Source of the DNA: Candidatus Nomurabacteria bacterium RIFCSPLOWO2_01_FULL_39_18
GTDB lineage: Bacteria; Patescibacteriota; Minisyncoccia; Phycocordibacterales; UBA9973
DNA: 64,000 bases
Direction: 5' to 3'
Assembly (NCBI GenBank): GCA_001787005.1
Contig: MFUV01000005.1
Location: 2,764 to 66,763 of the forward strand
The translations under genes and the position numbers were made by a program. Numbering within the stretch: position 1 is the first letter of the stretch; every line of letters begins with the position of its first letter. The notes under the pieces were generated by a model, which was given only the letters and a program-made list of their open reading frames with translations, was not told where the DNA came from and ran no database searches. Shown piece by piece: positions 56,261-64,000 of the stretch.

Positions 56261-56330
56261 TTTAAACTGCAAAAGGCATACTATATAAAAATGAAGTTCG
56301 AAACAAGAATCTGCCAGAACCCCGAAGGAA

Positions 56331-56360
56331 AGTAAAGCTTCCTACGGGGCAGGTTGCAAA
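56331..56360. repeat. Intergenic copy of the CCCCGTAGGAAGC...TTCCTTCGGGG palindromic element (reverse orientation)
   Basis: ccccgaaggaaagtaaagcttcctacgggg. Sits 7 nt upstream of the ATG of the Cys-rich paralog B. Confidence 0.55.
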
Positions 56361-56366
56361 AAAGTT

Positions 56367-58121
56367 ATGGAATATAAATCAAAAAATGTAGTGTGCCAGA
56401 ACTGTAAAAGTAGCTTCACGATAGAGTCGGAAGATTTTAATTTTTATGAAAAACTCAAAGTTCCTCCGCCAACTTGGTGCCCACATTGTAGATTTATAAG
56501 AAGATTAACATTTATTAATCATCGCTCTCTTTATAAGCGTGTTTGTGAACACTGTAATGCATCTACAATATCTATGTATCATCCCGATACACCTATTCCC
56601 GTTTGGTGTGTAAAATGCCATATTAGTGATGCTTGGGACGCTAGAGATTATGCAAAAGAATATGATTTCTCAAAACCCTTTTTTGAGCAATTCAATGATT
56701 TAAAGATTAACGTACCTCACCGGGCACTTGACCAAAATGAAAAGAATGGCACAGGATGTGAATATTCAAATTATTGCTTTGGGTCTAAGGATACCTACTT
56801 GTCTTTTAGTGTGGGTGGTTCCGAGAATGTTAAGTATTCGGCTCATGTTTTTAAGGGGAATAAAAATTGCTTTGATAGTTTGAGTGTTAAAAACAGCGAC
56901 CGAGTTTATGAACTAGTCCAATCCAGCGGTAGTTACAATTCATCTTTTTTAATAGAGAGTGATCAATGCATTGAATCACATTTCCTTTTTGATTGCTCTA
57001 ATTGCACAAATTGTTGCCTATCTTTAAATCTTAGAAACAAGAGTAATGTTTTTAGAAATAAACAGCTTTCAAAAGAAGAATATCAAAAAGCTTTTTCCAA
57101 ACTTAAGCTTGACACATACTCTGGTCAACTAAAAGCCAAAGAAGAATTTTATAAAATTGCACAAAATGCCATCCACAGAGATGCGCACATAAAAAATTCA
57201 GTGAACACGATAGGAGATTTTATTGAGAATTCAAAAAACGTTTACCATTGTTATGGTCTCATTGGTGCTGAAAATATAAAGCATATATTTTTCGCAATGA
57301 ATATGATTAAAGATTCTCAAAACATCGCGTTTTGCGGTCTCAATGAGGAATGCTATGAATTTACTTACGGCGGACGTGACGCAAATAAAGCAATTTTTGC
57401 TATAAGTTGTGGAGGAGGATGTAAAAATATTTTTTATTGCGATAGCTGTCGTGAATGTTCTGACTGCTTCGGCTGTGTTGGTCTTAGTAAAAAACAATAC
57501 TGTATTTTAAATAAACAATACTCGAAGGAAAAGTATTTTGAAATGATTAAAAAAATACAAGCTCATATGAATAATAATCCATATATAGACAGAATCAACC
57601 GAAAATACTCCTTTGGTGAATTTTTTCCTACTGAAATTTCCCCATTTGCTTACAATGAAACTGTAGCATTTGAAGAACAACCTCTTTCCCAGAAAGAAGC
57701 CATATCTCTGGGATATAAATGGCGAGAACCGGAATTAAAATCTTATAAACCGACAATAAAAGGGGATGATATTCAAGATAGCATTAATGATGTTGCTGAT
57801 TCTATATGTAACGAGATCATTGAATGTCCCAATCAAGGCAAAGTGAAAACACAATGTACTTCTGCATACAGAATATTACCTGATGAATTGTCATTTTATC
57901 GCCAGATGAATTTACCAATCCCGAGATATTGCCCCAATTGCAGATATCATGCCCGCTTGGTCTGGAAAAACCCCTTTCGTTTTTATGAGCGAGAATGTAT
58001 GTGTGAGCTGTCGAATCACGAACATCAACAAAAGTGCTCAAATAAATTTGAAACGATATACGCGCCCGATAGGCCGGAACTAATTTATTGTAAAGAATGT
58101 TATCAAAAAGAAGTGTACTAA
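56367..58121 (+). CDS. Cys-rich zinc-ribbon protein, paralog B
   Basis: 584 aa. N-terminus CQNCKSSFTIESEDFNFYEKLKVPPPTWCPHCRF and C-terminus LSFYRQMNLPIPRYCPNCRYHARL...YCKECYQKEVY are collinear with the 27870..29606 ORF throughout. Confidence 0.6.
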   Translation: MEYKSKNVVCQNCKSSFTIESEDFNFYEKLKVPPPTWCPHCRFIRRLTFINHRSLYKRVCEHCNASTISMYHPDTPIPVWCVKCHISDAWDARDYAKEYDFSKPFFEQFNDLKINVPHRALDQNEKNGTGCEYSNYCFGSKDTYLSFSVGGSENVKYSAHVFKGNKNCFDSLSVKNSDRVYELVQSSGSYNSSFLIESDQCIESHFLFDCSNCTNCCLSLNLRNKSNVFRNKQLSKEEYQKAFSKLKLDTYSGQLKAKEEFYKIAQNAIHRDAHIKNSVNTIGDFIENSKNVYHCYGLIGAENIKHIFFAMNMIKDSQNIAFCGLNEECYEFTYGGRDANKAIFAISCGGGCKNIFYCDSCRECSDCFGCVGLSKKQYCILNKQYSKEKYFEMIKKIQAHMNNNPYIDRINRKYSFGEFFPTEISPFAYNETVAFEEQPLSQKEAISLGYKWREPELKSYKPTIKGDDIQDSINDVADSICNEIIECPNQGKVKTQCTSAYRILPDELSFYRQMNLPIPRYCPNCRYHARLVWKNPFRFYERECMCELSNHEHQQKCSNKFETIYAPDRPELIYCKECYQKEVY

Positions 58122-58163
58122 TACCCATTGTCACATTCGTACGAATAGGTAAATAGATAAAAT

Positions 58164-58649
58164 ATGATTAAATCAAAAAAAGACCAAGAAAATATTTTAA
58201 TATTGCACAATATCAGAAGCGTCGAAAATGTCGGGGCGATGTTTCGCACTGCTGATGCGGCGGGGGTGGATAAAATTTATCTGACAGGCTACACACCTTG
58301 CCCACTCGACCGTTTCGGGCGGATTCGTAAAGATTTAGCAAAGTCGGCGCTCGGCGCGGAGAAGTTTGTTGGGTGGGAACAGAGGAAAAATATTATATCT
58401 TTGATCTCAAATCTAAAAAGTTCAGGGCACCAAATTATCGCCATAGAACAGGATAAAAATTCGATTGATTACAAAAAACTGAAATTAAAATCAAGGAATG
58501 CTTTCATTGTCGGCGCAGAGGTGACAGGAATACCCAAAAATGTACTGAAGAAATGTGATGTGATTGCCGAAATCCCAATGAAGGGCAAAAAAGAATCTCT
58601 AAATGTTTCTGTGGCTCTGGGGATTGCTTTGTTTGGGATATTGCGATAA
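58164..58649 (+). CDS. SpoU/TrmH-family (SPOUT) RNA 2'-O-methyltransferase, TrmL-like
   Basis: VGAMFRTADAAGV, IAIEQDKNS, NAFIVGAEVTGI, and ESLNVSVALGIALFGI (SPOUT motifs I-III). 161 aa. Confidence 0.8.
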   Translation: MIKSKKDQENILILHNIRSVENVGAMFRTADAAGVDKIYLTGYTPCPLDRFGRIRKDLAKSALGAEKFVGWEQRKNIISLISNLKSSGHQIIAIEQDKNSIDYKKLKLKSRNAFIVGAEVTGIPKNVLKKCDVIAEIPMKGKKESLNVSVALGIALFGILR

Positions 58650-58687
58650 TTTTGACAAAAATTTAGTTTTTGTAATAATACATCTAT

Positions 58688-59362
58688 ATGTCAATGGAAA
58701 CGAAAGGAACACCTCCTCTGGATCCAATGCTTGCTGGTCTGGTAGAACTTTATCGTAATAGAAACCGTAATATAAACAACGAAAAATGGTTAGCCATTCC
58801 TGACCGTAATTTGCTTAAATGTGCGATAGAATTGGATTTAGATTATAATGAAATAGAAGGGAAAAAGGTTTTAGATATCGGCTCTAGGTTGTTAAGAGAG
58901 AAATTTTCGATACAAGCTAAAAAACAATTACAAGCGGAGGTTTTTTCTGTTAATCCTGCATTGAAGGGATGGATTTATAGAAAAATACTTAAATTTAAAA
59001 ATCCTGGCTGGCAGAGAAAATCAATTGCCGCCACTGGGGGGAAGCTACCATTTATTGATAATTATTTTGATACAGCGATCTCATCATCGGAAATTACGGT
59101 TTTTTACCCAGAAGGAGAACAGCGCCTTCAAGCAATCAAAGAAATTATTAGAACTCTAAAACCAGGTGGAAGATTACACATGGCTCCGCGAGGGATAGAA
59201 AGTATTTCTGGTAATCCTGTAAGTGTGGAAAAAGTACTGGGCGAAGATTTTGTAGATTGGCTAATTGAAAATAATCACACGCTAGAAAGTGACGGAGATC
59301 CTAAAAGTGGCGGGTACGGTCCAATTATTATTAAAAAAAATCCGAACCAAACAGAGAAATAG
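58688..59362 (+). CDS. Hypothetical protein, possibly a degenerate class I SAM-methyltransferase fold
   Basis: KKVLDIGS (motif I-like) and LKPGGRLHMAP (post-II-like). Weak evidence. Confidence 0.4.
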   Translation: MSMETKGTPPLDPMLAGLVELYRNRNRNINNEKWLAIPDRNLLKCAIELDLDYNEIEGKKVLDIGSRLLREKFSIQAKKQLQAEVFSVNPALKGWIYRKILKFKNPGWQRKSIAATGGKLPFIDNYFDTAISSSEITVFYPEGEQRLQAIKEIIRTLKPGGRLHMAPRGIESISGNPVSVEKVLGEDFVDWLIENNHTLESDGDPKSGGYGPIIIKKNPNQTEK

Positions 59363-59377
59363 GATTTGTTGAAAATT

Positions 59378-60277
59378 TTATCTCTGGCAACGAGAACAAA
59401 AAATAGTTGTGCGACCACCTATAATTATTTTTTGAAGTGGTTTGCCACAGGTAATGCACATTTTGCCTGCCTTACCGTAGACTTTATGCTCTCTTGCATA
59501 ATTACCTCTCGTGTTGTCGAGAAGCCTGTAAGTAGCAACGGAAGAACCACCAACTTTAATTGCGCGTTCCATAATTCTTTTTATTGCTTTATACAGTTTT
59601 TCAATTTCTGATTTAGATAAAGAAGAGGCCCTACGGTCTGGGCGTATTCTTGCTTCAAAGAGACTTTCGTCCACATAAATATTCCCCAGCCCTGTCACTA
59701 TTTTTTGATCCATCAAAACTGATTTGATTTTTCCATTCTTTTCTTTTAGAGAGTCCCAAAAATATTTAGAAGTAAAGTTTTTTGCCAGAGGCTCTAAGCC
59801 ATAAGAAGCAAAATAATTTTCAGCATCTAACGCACCCTCATTTTTATAGTAGAGTAGATAGCCAAACATGCGTGTGTCGTTGTAGTAGAGAGTTCCTCGC
59901 TCAAGCTCGAAAATAATATGGCTGTGTTTGTTAGGTAGTTTGTATTCCGAAACCTCAATAGGGTGCCCGCCCATTACGGTTTTTCTTTTATTCTTGTCTT
60001 TATAAACAAACTGGCCGGACATCTTCAAGTGAGCCAGAATTATTTTTCCATGACTTAATTTAAAAATAAGATTTTTTGCTCTGCGTTCAACGCCGACAAA
60101 GTGCTCACCCCGTATTCCTTTTATGAATTCAACCCTCTTGGGCAGGGATGCGATGCGCTTGGTTCCTTTTCCAGAAATTAGTTTTGGTTTTTGAACTGTA
60201 ACTTTGCGAATTATTTGACCGACAATGGTGCTCATGAGTCCTAGACGCAAATTTTCAACTTCTGGTAATTCCGGCAT
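59378..60277 (-). CDS. mutM: Formamidopyrimidine-DNA glycosylase (Fpg/MutM/Nei family)
   Basis: N-terminal MPELPEVE (catalytic Pro2/Glu3), H2TH region, and a C-terminal zinc finger CITCGKPLQKIIIGGRTTIFCSRCQ. Confidence 0.9.
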   Translation of the reverse strand: MPELPEVENLRLGLMSTIVGQIIRKVTVQKPKLISGKGTKRIASLPKRVEFIKGIRGEHFVGVERRAKNLIFKLSHGKIILAHLKMSGQFVYKDKNKRKTVMGGHPIEVSEYKLPNKHSHIIFELERGTLYYNDTRMFGYLLYYKNEGALDAENYFASYGLEPLAKNFTSKYFWDSLKEKNGKIKSVLMDQKIVTGLGNIYVDESLFEARIRPDRRASSLSKSEIEKLYKAIKRIMERAIKVGGSSVATYRLLDNTRGNYAREHKVYGKAGKMCITCGKPLQKIIIGGRTTIFCSRCQR

Positions 60278-60287
60278 ATATTTAGAT

Positions 60288-60400
60288 AAACATACGAATA
60301 TGCGAATAATGCAAATCTGCGAATGGATGCGAATGAGTCTTGTTTAACATACGAATTAGCGAATAATACTAATCTACGAATGAATACGAATAATTCTAGA
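60288..60400. repeat. Two roughly 50-nt direct repeats built from reiterated (A/G)CGAAT(A/G) heptamers
   Basis: aacatacgaatatgcgaataatgcaaatctgcgaatggatgcgaatga versus aacatacgaattagcgaataatactaatctacgaatgaatacgaataa. Lies upstream of fpg and overlaps the 3' end of the GxxExxY ORF. A related cluster occurs at 60745-60775. Confidence 0.5.
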
Positions 60401-60763
60401 TGGTTTTAGATATTTATTTCGAAAATTTATCAACAAACCTAAATCCAATTTAGTTTGTTGCAAATAGTTTTGTATTTGTCTATAGTGCCCCCTGGTTAAA
60501 ACCCTTACTGCTTTTAGTTCTAATATTATTTTTTTATCTACGACAAAATCTAAAATATTTCCACCATCTCCAATACCTACTTCTCTTTCATAAGGCAAAC
60601 TAGATTCTTTTAATTTTTCTTCTATCAAGTTACCGTATTGTTTTTCCTTTGCATACGGGCCTAGTTCGTTATGAACACTAAACAATAATCCAGTAATTTG
60701 GTAGGATAATTCAGGATACAAAACTTTTTCACCAACTTTATTATTCGTAGACATTCGCATCAT
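60374..60763 (-). CDS. GxxExxY-family protein (PD-(D/E)XK-like)
   Basis: VLYPELSYQITGLLFSVHNELG...ILELKAVRVLTRGHYRQIQNYLQQTKLDLGLLINF. The start is probably the MSTNNK Met. Confidence 0.6.
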   Translation of the reverse strand: MMRMSTNNKVGEKVLYPELSYQITGLLFSVHNELGPYAKEKQYGNLIEEKLKESSLPYEREVGIGDGGNILDFVVDKKIILELKAVRVLTRGHYRQIQNYLQQTKLDLGLLINFRNKYLKPSRIIRIHS

Positions 60764-60785
60764 TCGTTACATTAGTAGTTTCGCA

Positions 60786-61364
60786 TCATTTCATTGCAAG
60801 TATTTTCAGCGCTTCACGAATTTTCGCGTTTGTGTTTCCTTCATGGGAGACCTTCTTCATTGCTTCCCGAGCTTCATTTTGAGAATAGCCCAGAGACTTC
60901 AATGCCTCTAACACATCAAGCTCTCCCTGCAGGGAACCGCCCTCCTTCTCTCCCTTCATTTTCTCCGAGATTTTGTCGCGCAATTCGAGGATAATTTTCT
61001 CTGCTGTTTTTTTGCCGATGCCGGAAATTTTCGTCAGATATGCTGTGTCACCTGTGCCCACAGCCCTCTTCAATGTTTCAATCGTCGTAACTCCCAAAAT
61101 AGCGATTGCCCCTTTTGGCCCAATGCCAGAGACATTAATCAGCATTTCAAAGAATTCCAGTTCTGGATATTCTAGGAATCCATATAAATCTAAGACATCC
61201 TCGCGGACATGGGTATGAATAAACAGAAAAATTTCGGCATCTGTTTTGTGAGTTTTAGAAAGTCCGTCAGGCAGGATACTGATTTTATATCCCACGCCCC
61301 CCGCCTCAACGATCAAGAATTTCTCCTTTTTAAGTATTATTTTCCCTCTGATACTTCCGATCAT
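60786..61364 (-). CDS. ruvA: Holliday junction DNA helicase subunit RuvA
   Basis: MIGSIRGKI..VGYKISI (OB domain), two HhH motifs (GIGPKGAIAILG and GIGKKTAEKIILEL), and a C-terminal domain III. Confidence 0.9.
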   Translation of the reverse strand: MIGSIRGKIILKKEKFLIVEAGGVGYKISILPDGLSKTHKTDAEIFLFIHTHVREDVLDLYGFLEYPELEFFEMLINVSGIGPKGAIAILGVTTIETLKRAVGTGDTAYLTKISGIGKKTAEKIILELRDKISEKMKGEKEGGSLQGELDVLEALKSLGYSQNEAREAMKKVSHEGNTNAKIREALKILAMK

Positions 61365-61437
61365 GAATTAATAATAGCATATCATGCCAAAGAACAGACA
61401 ATTTGCGTTTTATAGTTATTTTTGATATGTTTACACC

Positions 61438-61689
61438 ATGCCAATTACGCAATCAGCTAAAAAAGCAGTCAGAGGGTCTCTCCGCAAGAAGGCTTTTAAT
61501 GATGCTCGCAAGAAGTCGATGAAGGAGATAATGAAGAAAATTGAGAAATTGTCCAAAACAGACAAGGCTAAAGCAGCCGAAATGCTTCCAAGCGCATTCA
61601 AGGCGATAGATAAGGCCGCACAGAAGGGTGTGATCAAAAAGAACAATGCTGCTCGCAAGAAATCCCGCTTGTCACGAATATTGAAATAA
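61438..61689 (+). CDS. rpsT: 30S ribosomal protein S20
   Basis: MPITQSAKKAVRGSLRKKAFNDARKKSMKE...AARKKSRLSRIL. 83 aa. Confidence 0.9.
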   Translation: MPITQSAKKAVRGSLRKKAFNDARKKSMKEIMKKIEKLSKTDKAKAAEMLPSAFKAIDKAAQKGVIKKNNAARKKSRLSRILK

Positions 61690-61808
61690 TTTCCAGAGAA
61701 ATCTTTTCTAAAAGGGTACGGATTTTTTGAAGCTAAAAAAATCCTGAAGTTCTCGGCTCGTCAGCCTCGAAACCCCCTTTTAGTAAAATTTCTCTTTCAA
61801 TTAAAAAC

Positions 61809-62069
61809 ATGAGTCATTTATTAGAATTTTATGGAACCGAATGCCCGCATTGCGAGCGGATGCATGAGCTCGTGGAGAGATTAGAGAAGGAGGAGGGGGT
61901 CAAGGTGGAGAGTTTAGAAGTCTGGCATAATAAAGAAAATGAAAAGCGCCTCTTGGAACTCGACAAGGATTTCTGCGGTGGTGTGCCTTTTTTCTATAAT
62001 ACAAAAACTGACAAGTGGATTTGCGGGGAAGATAGCTACAAGGCGTTGAAGGAGTGGGCCAAGGATTAG
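61809..62069 (+). CDS. Thioredoxin-fold protein (CPHC active site), glutaredoxin/thioredoxin-like
   Basis: 86 aa. FYGTECPHCERM near the N-terminus. A downstream cis-Pro-like GGVPFF motif. Confidence 0.75.
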   Translation: MSHLLEFYGTECPHCERMHELVERLEKEEGVKVESLEVWHNKENEKRLLELDKDFCGGVPFFYNTKTDKWICGEDSYKALKEWAKD

Positions 62070-62077
62070 GCAGAAAA

Positions 62078-62110
62078 ACAAAAACACCCGATAAGGGTGT
62101 TTTTGTTTTA
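62078..62110. terminator. Intrinsic terminator (acaccc-gataa-gggtgt + TTTTGTTTT), possibly bidirectional for the thioredoxin and cspA genes
   Basis: 6-bp stem and 5-nt loop, flanked by an A tract upstream and a T tract downstream. Confidence 0.7.
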
Positions 62111-62161
62111 AGAGAATGTCCCGACTCTAGTGAGTCGTGGATCCTCGATCTTATGTCGGGA

Positions 62162-62371
62162 TTATGCTCGTTGCACGTTTACCGCATTCAATCTTTTTTC
62201 ACCGTTCTTTTCAGTTTCTTCTGTCTCAAAAGAAAGTGTATCACCTTCTTTTAATTCATCGAAGCTTACTCCAACAAGGGAATTGGTGTGAAAGAATACA
62301 TCTTTCACAAGTTCTTCTGCGGTGATGAAGCCGAAACCTTTATCAGTGAGTCTTTTTATTGTACCAGTCAT
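62162..62371 (-). CDS. cspA: Cold-shock protein (CspA family)
   Basis: MTGTIKRLTDKGFGFITAEE carries RNP1 (KGFGFI) and RNP2-like (VFFH) motifs. 69 aa. Confidence 0.9.
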   Translation of the reverse strand: MTGTIKRLTDKGFGFITAEELVKDVFFHTNSLVGVSFDELKEGDTLSFETEETEKNGEKRLNAVNVQRA

Positions 62372-62493
62372 TGATTTTGATTTTTAAATTAGATTTTTAA
62401 ATTACAAATAGATAAAATTAAGAAATCGACTCTTTTCGCACCTACTTTGTCTTTTAAGTATAGCACACTTGATGTCTTTTTGTCAAGCCTTTT

Positions 62494-63525
62494 TTATTTT
62501 TGAGATTTGGAAGAATGATCCCAAATGTATTTGAATAGCATCACAGCCATCAAGACAAGAATAAGAAGCAGAAGCCACCCCAGAAGGCTTCCTGGCAGAA
62601 AGCCAGCTCCATAGACATTTGCTCCGATGGGAGACGTTCTAGTTGTCTCTGGTTGATCCTCCACAGAATTATCTTTTTTTTCATTTTCCTCAACTGCTGT
62701 GGCAGGAGCGGGGATTTCCACTATCACAGGTTCCCGGATAATAATTGTATTTACATTTTGTTCTACAGTGCCTTCATTTGTAACAAAACTCAAAACCGAG
62801 CCATAATTTCTCCAATAAGAATTCTCTGCCACCGCGCGGAAGTAATAAATTCTCCCAGGCGTAAGCCCCAAGAGAGTATGAGCGTGTCTTACAGCTGGAA
62901 GCGATCCGACCGACATCTCCGCAGTTCTATTGCCTAGACTTGGAGTTGTGCCCCATTCAAACCACGCATTAGTAGGACTATCTACCGAACTTATAATGAG
63001 AGAATTAAGCTGTGCGCTAGTGTTCCCCACCTCTGTTGCGCCATCGGTGATAGCTGTTAAATCATCCGAAGTTATTCGCCCATCATTATTTGAATAATAG
63101 TAATCATCTTCATCATAATAAAAATTTGAATACCTGTCCGTTCTAAATGAAAGAATACTTCCGCGATCGATGCCCTCGTCATTTTCGGCAATAGCGCGGA
63201 AATAATAAGTAGTATTTTCACGAAGTCCTGTAATCCGGATGTCGAAGTTTTTTGTTCCCGAGCCAATCACTACGTCAAAGGTGGAATCATCCAGGTCTCT
63301 ATCTCTACCCCATTCAAACCAAGCGTAAGTATAAGCGCCGTTTCCATCTACTCGTCCATTCAAGACGGCGCTCTCATCGGTGACATTAGTTGCACTTCTA
63401 GTCGTTGTGTCTGGCTCATCAGCCGCTTTAGCCACTATAGGGAAAGATAAAACACCCAAAAAGGTCATAAAAAGCATGGCTGAAATAAAAAAGTTTCCGG
63501 CAGATTTAATTAGTTTACTAACCAT
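62494..63525 (-). CDS. Surface protein with an N-terminal signal/TM segment, two fibronectin-III-like repeats and a C-terminal TM anchor
   Basis: Repeats ..AWFEWGRD..TYYFRAIAEN..GSILSF and ..AWFEWGTTPSLG..IYYFRAVAEN..GSVLSF. C-terminal hydrophobic LLGWLLLLILVLMAVMLF. Confidence 0.5.
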   Translation of the reverse strand: MVSKLIKSAGNFFISAMLFMTFLGVLSFPIVAKAADEPDTTTRSATNVTDESAVLNGRVDGNGAYTYAWFEWGRDRDLDDSTFDVVIGSGTKNFDIRITGLRENTTYYFRAIAENDEGIDRGSILSFRTDRYSNFYYDEDDYYYSNNDGRITSDDLTAITDGATEVGNTSAQLNSLIISSVDSPTNAWFEWGTTPSLGNRTAEMSVGSLPAVRHAHTLLGLTPGRIYYFRAVAENSYWRNYGSVLSFVTNEGTVEQNVNTIIIREPVIVEIPAPATAVEENEKKDNSVEDQPETTRTSPIGANVYGAGFLPGSLLGWLLLLILVLMAVMLFKYIWDHSSKSQK

Positions 63526-63564
63526 TCTTGTATTATATCACCTTATGACATAAAAGTCAAATTC

Positions 63565-63640
63565 TGGTGCGCGCTGAGGGGCTCGAACCCCCGACCTTTC
63601 GCGTGTAAAGCGATTGCTCTACCAACTGAGCTAAGCGCGC
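63565..63640 (-). tRNA. tRNA-Val (anticodon UAC) with encoded CCA
   Basis: Acceptor GCGCGCT/AGCGCGC; D-arm GCTC-AGTTGGTA-GAGC; anticodon loop TTTACAC; T-arm GGGGG-TTCGAGC-CCCCT; 3' ACCA. Confidence 0.9.
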
Positions 63641-63662
63641 AGACAAATTCAAATTACCATTT

Positions 63663-63971
63663 TTACAATGATGGGTCAATTATGGGCGAGGGAGAATTTA
63701 AAATACTTTCGGATTTATTTTTTCGATCAGAAAAATATTCCAATGCTTTGTCGATTCTTTCTTTGCTGATTGTTTCAGCTTGCTTATGGGTGTTTTCGGC
63801 TGATGAGATAAACTCTTTGTTTATTTTCCTGAAAAGCAAAAAGCCAAAAACGAAAGATCCAAGGATTAAAAAGAAAGTTATTCCCTGAATGACATTCCAA
63901 TAAATACTCGGATTCGTGTGGAAGCCCCCCTTGGTGAATTTTTTCTTAATTTTAAAAATTTTTATTTCCAT
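63663..63971 (-). CDS. Small hypothetical membrane protein
   Basis: 102-aa ORF with one central TM helix (ITFFLILGSFVFGFLLF). No recognisable motif. Confidence 0.35.
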   Translation of the reverse strand: MEIKIFKIKKKFTKGGFHTNPSIYWNVIQGITFFLILGSFVFGFLLFRKINKEFISSAENTHKQAETISKERIDKALEYFSDRKNKSESILNSPSPIIDPSL

Positions 63972-64000
63972 AATTTAATTTTATTGGATAAAGTTCACAA

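Noticed and set aside
1-64000. Alternative genetic code (UGA recoding, as in some CPR lineages)
   Set aside because: Long conserved genes (uvrA, uvrB, polA, PBP1A) are uninterrupted under the standard code. TGA terminates well-defined genes, for example the ZIP transporter at 1513-1515.
1-64000. CRISPR array, rRNA genes, prophage or integrase
   Set aside because: No regularly spaced direct repeats, no rRNA-like conserved stretches, and no integrase or phage structural genes were seen. The only repeat arrays are the short heptamer cluster at 60288-60400 and the dispersed palindromic elements.

Overview
This is an AT-rich, gene-dense bacterial window whose content and layout resemble a reduced CPR/Patescibacteria-type genome. 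It uses the standard genetic code (TGA serves as a stop).

Ordinary content:
- A replication-origin neighbourhood in the classic order jag-yidC-yidD-rnpA-rpmH on the minus strand, divergent from dnaA-dnaN, with DnaA boxes on both sides of dnaA.
- A concentration of DNA repair and recombination genes: pcrA/uvrD helicase, uvrA, uvrB, uvrC, ruvA, ruvB, ruvC, fpg and polA.
- Cell-wall genes (PBP1A and a LysM-M23 peptidase), tyrS, rsmA, rpsT, cspA, thioredoxin, a pilB/gspE ATPase, and an orphan histidine-kinase/receiver pair.
- tRNA-Lys(TTT) and tRNA-Val(TAC).
- A type IV secretion-like cluster (about 12-26.5 kb) of hypothetical proteins on one strand. It has a VirB4 split into an N-terminal-domain ORF and an ATPase ORF, a VirB6/TrbL-like membrane protein, a VirB3-like protein and a VirB2-pilin-like protein. 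A HEPN/MNT pair lies within it.
- A ParD/ParE pair elsewhere in the window.

Most unusual observations:
1. Several families of short GC-rich palindromic elements are embedded in this AT-rich DNA, both between genes and in frame inside conserved housekeeping genes. Identical copies translate to the same peptide in unrelated genes: 'ASYGAGK' in ruvB and uvrA; 'LPAQAG' in uvrB and a holA-like gene; and a 37-nt core shared in opposite orientation by the helicase and rsmA genes. This is strongly reminiscent of Rickettsia palindromic elements.
2. Long-range inverted repeats whose right arm ends exactly at the ATG of the downstream gene (CATCCCGT...ACGGG-ATG). They bracket the promoter-bearing intergenic spacers of several T4SS-cluster genes and of one other gene.
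3. An IS200/RAYT-like HUH transposase flanked by 20-bp inverted repeats. Related REP-like hairpins sit upstream of three genes.
4. A MITE-like element with 29-bp perfect terminal inverted repeats that supplies the last codons of pilB.
5. A small GIY-YIG gene nested between a duplicated 5' segment of tRNA-Lys and the intact tRNA.
6. Three genes broken by 1-nt deletions in homopolymer runs.
7. Two paralogous Cys-rich zinc-ribbon proteins of unknown function.
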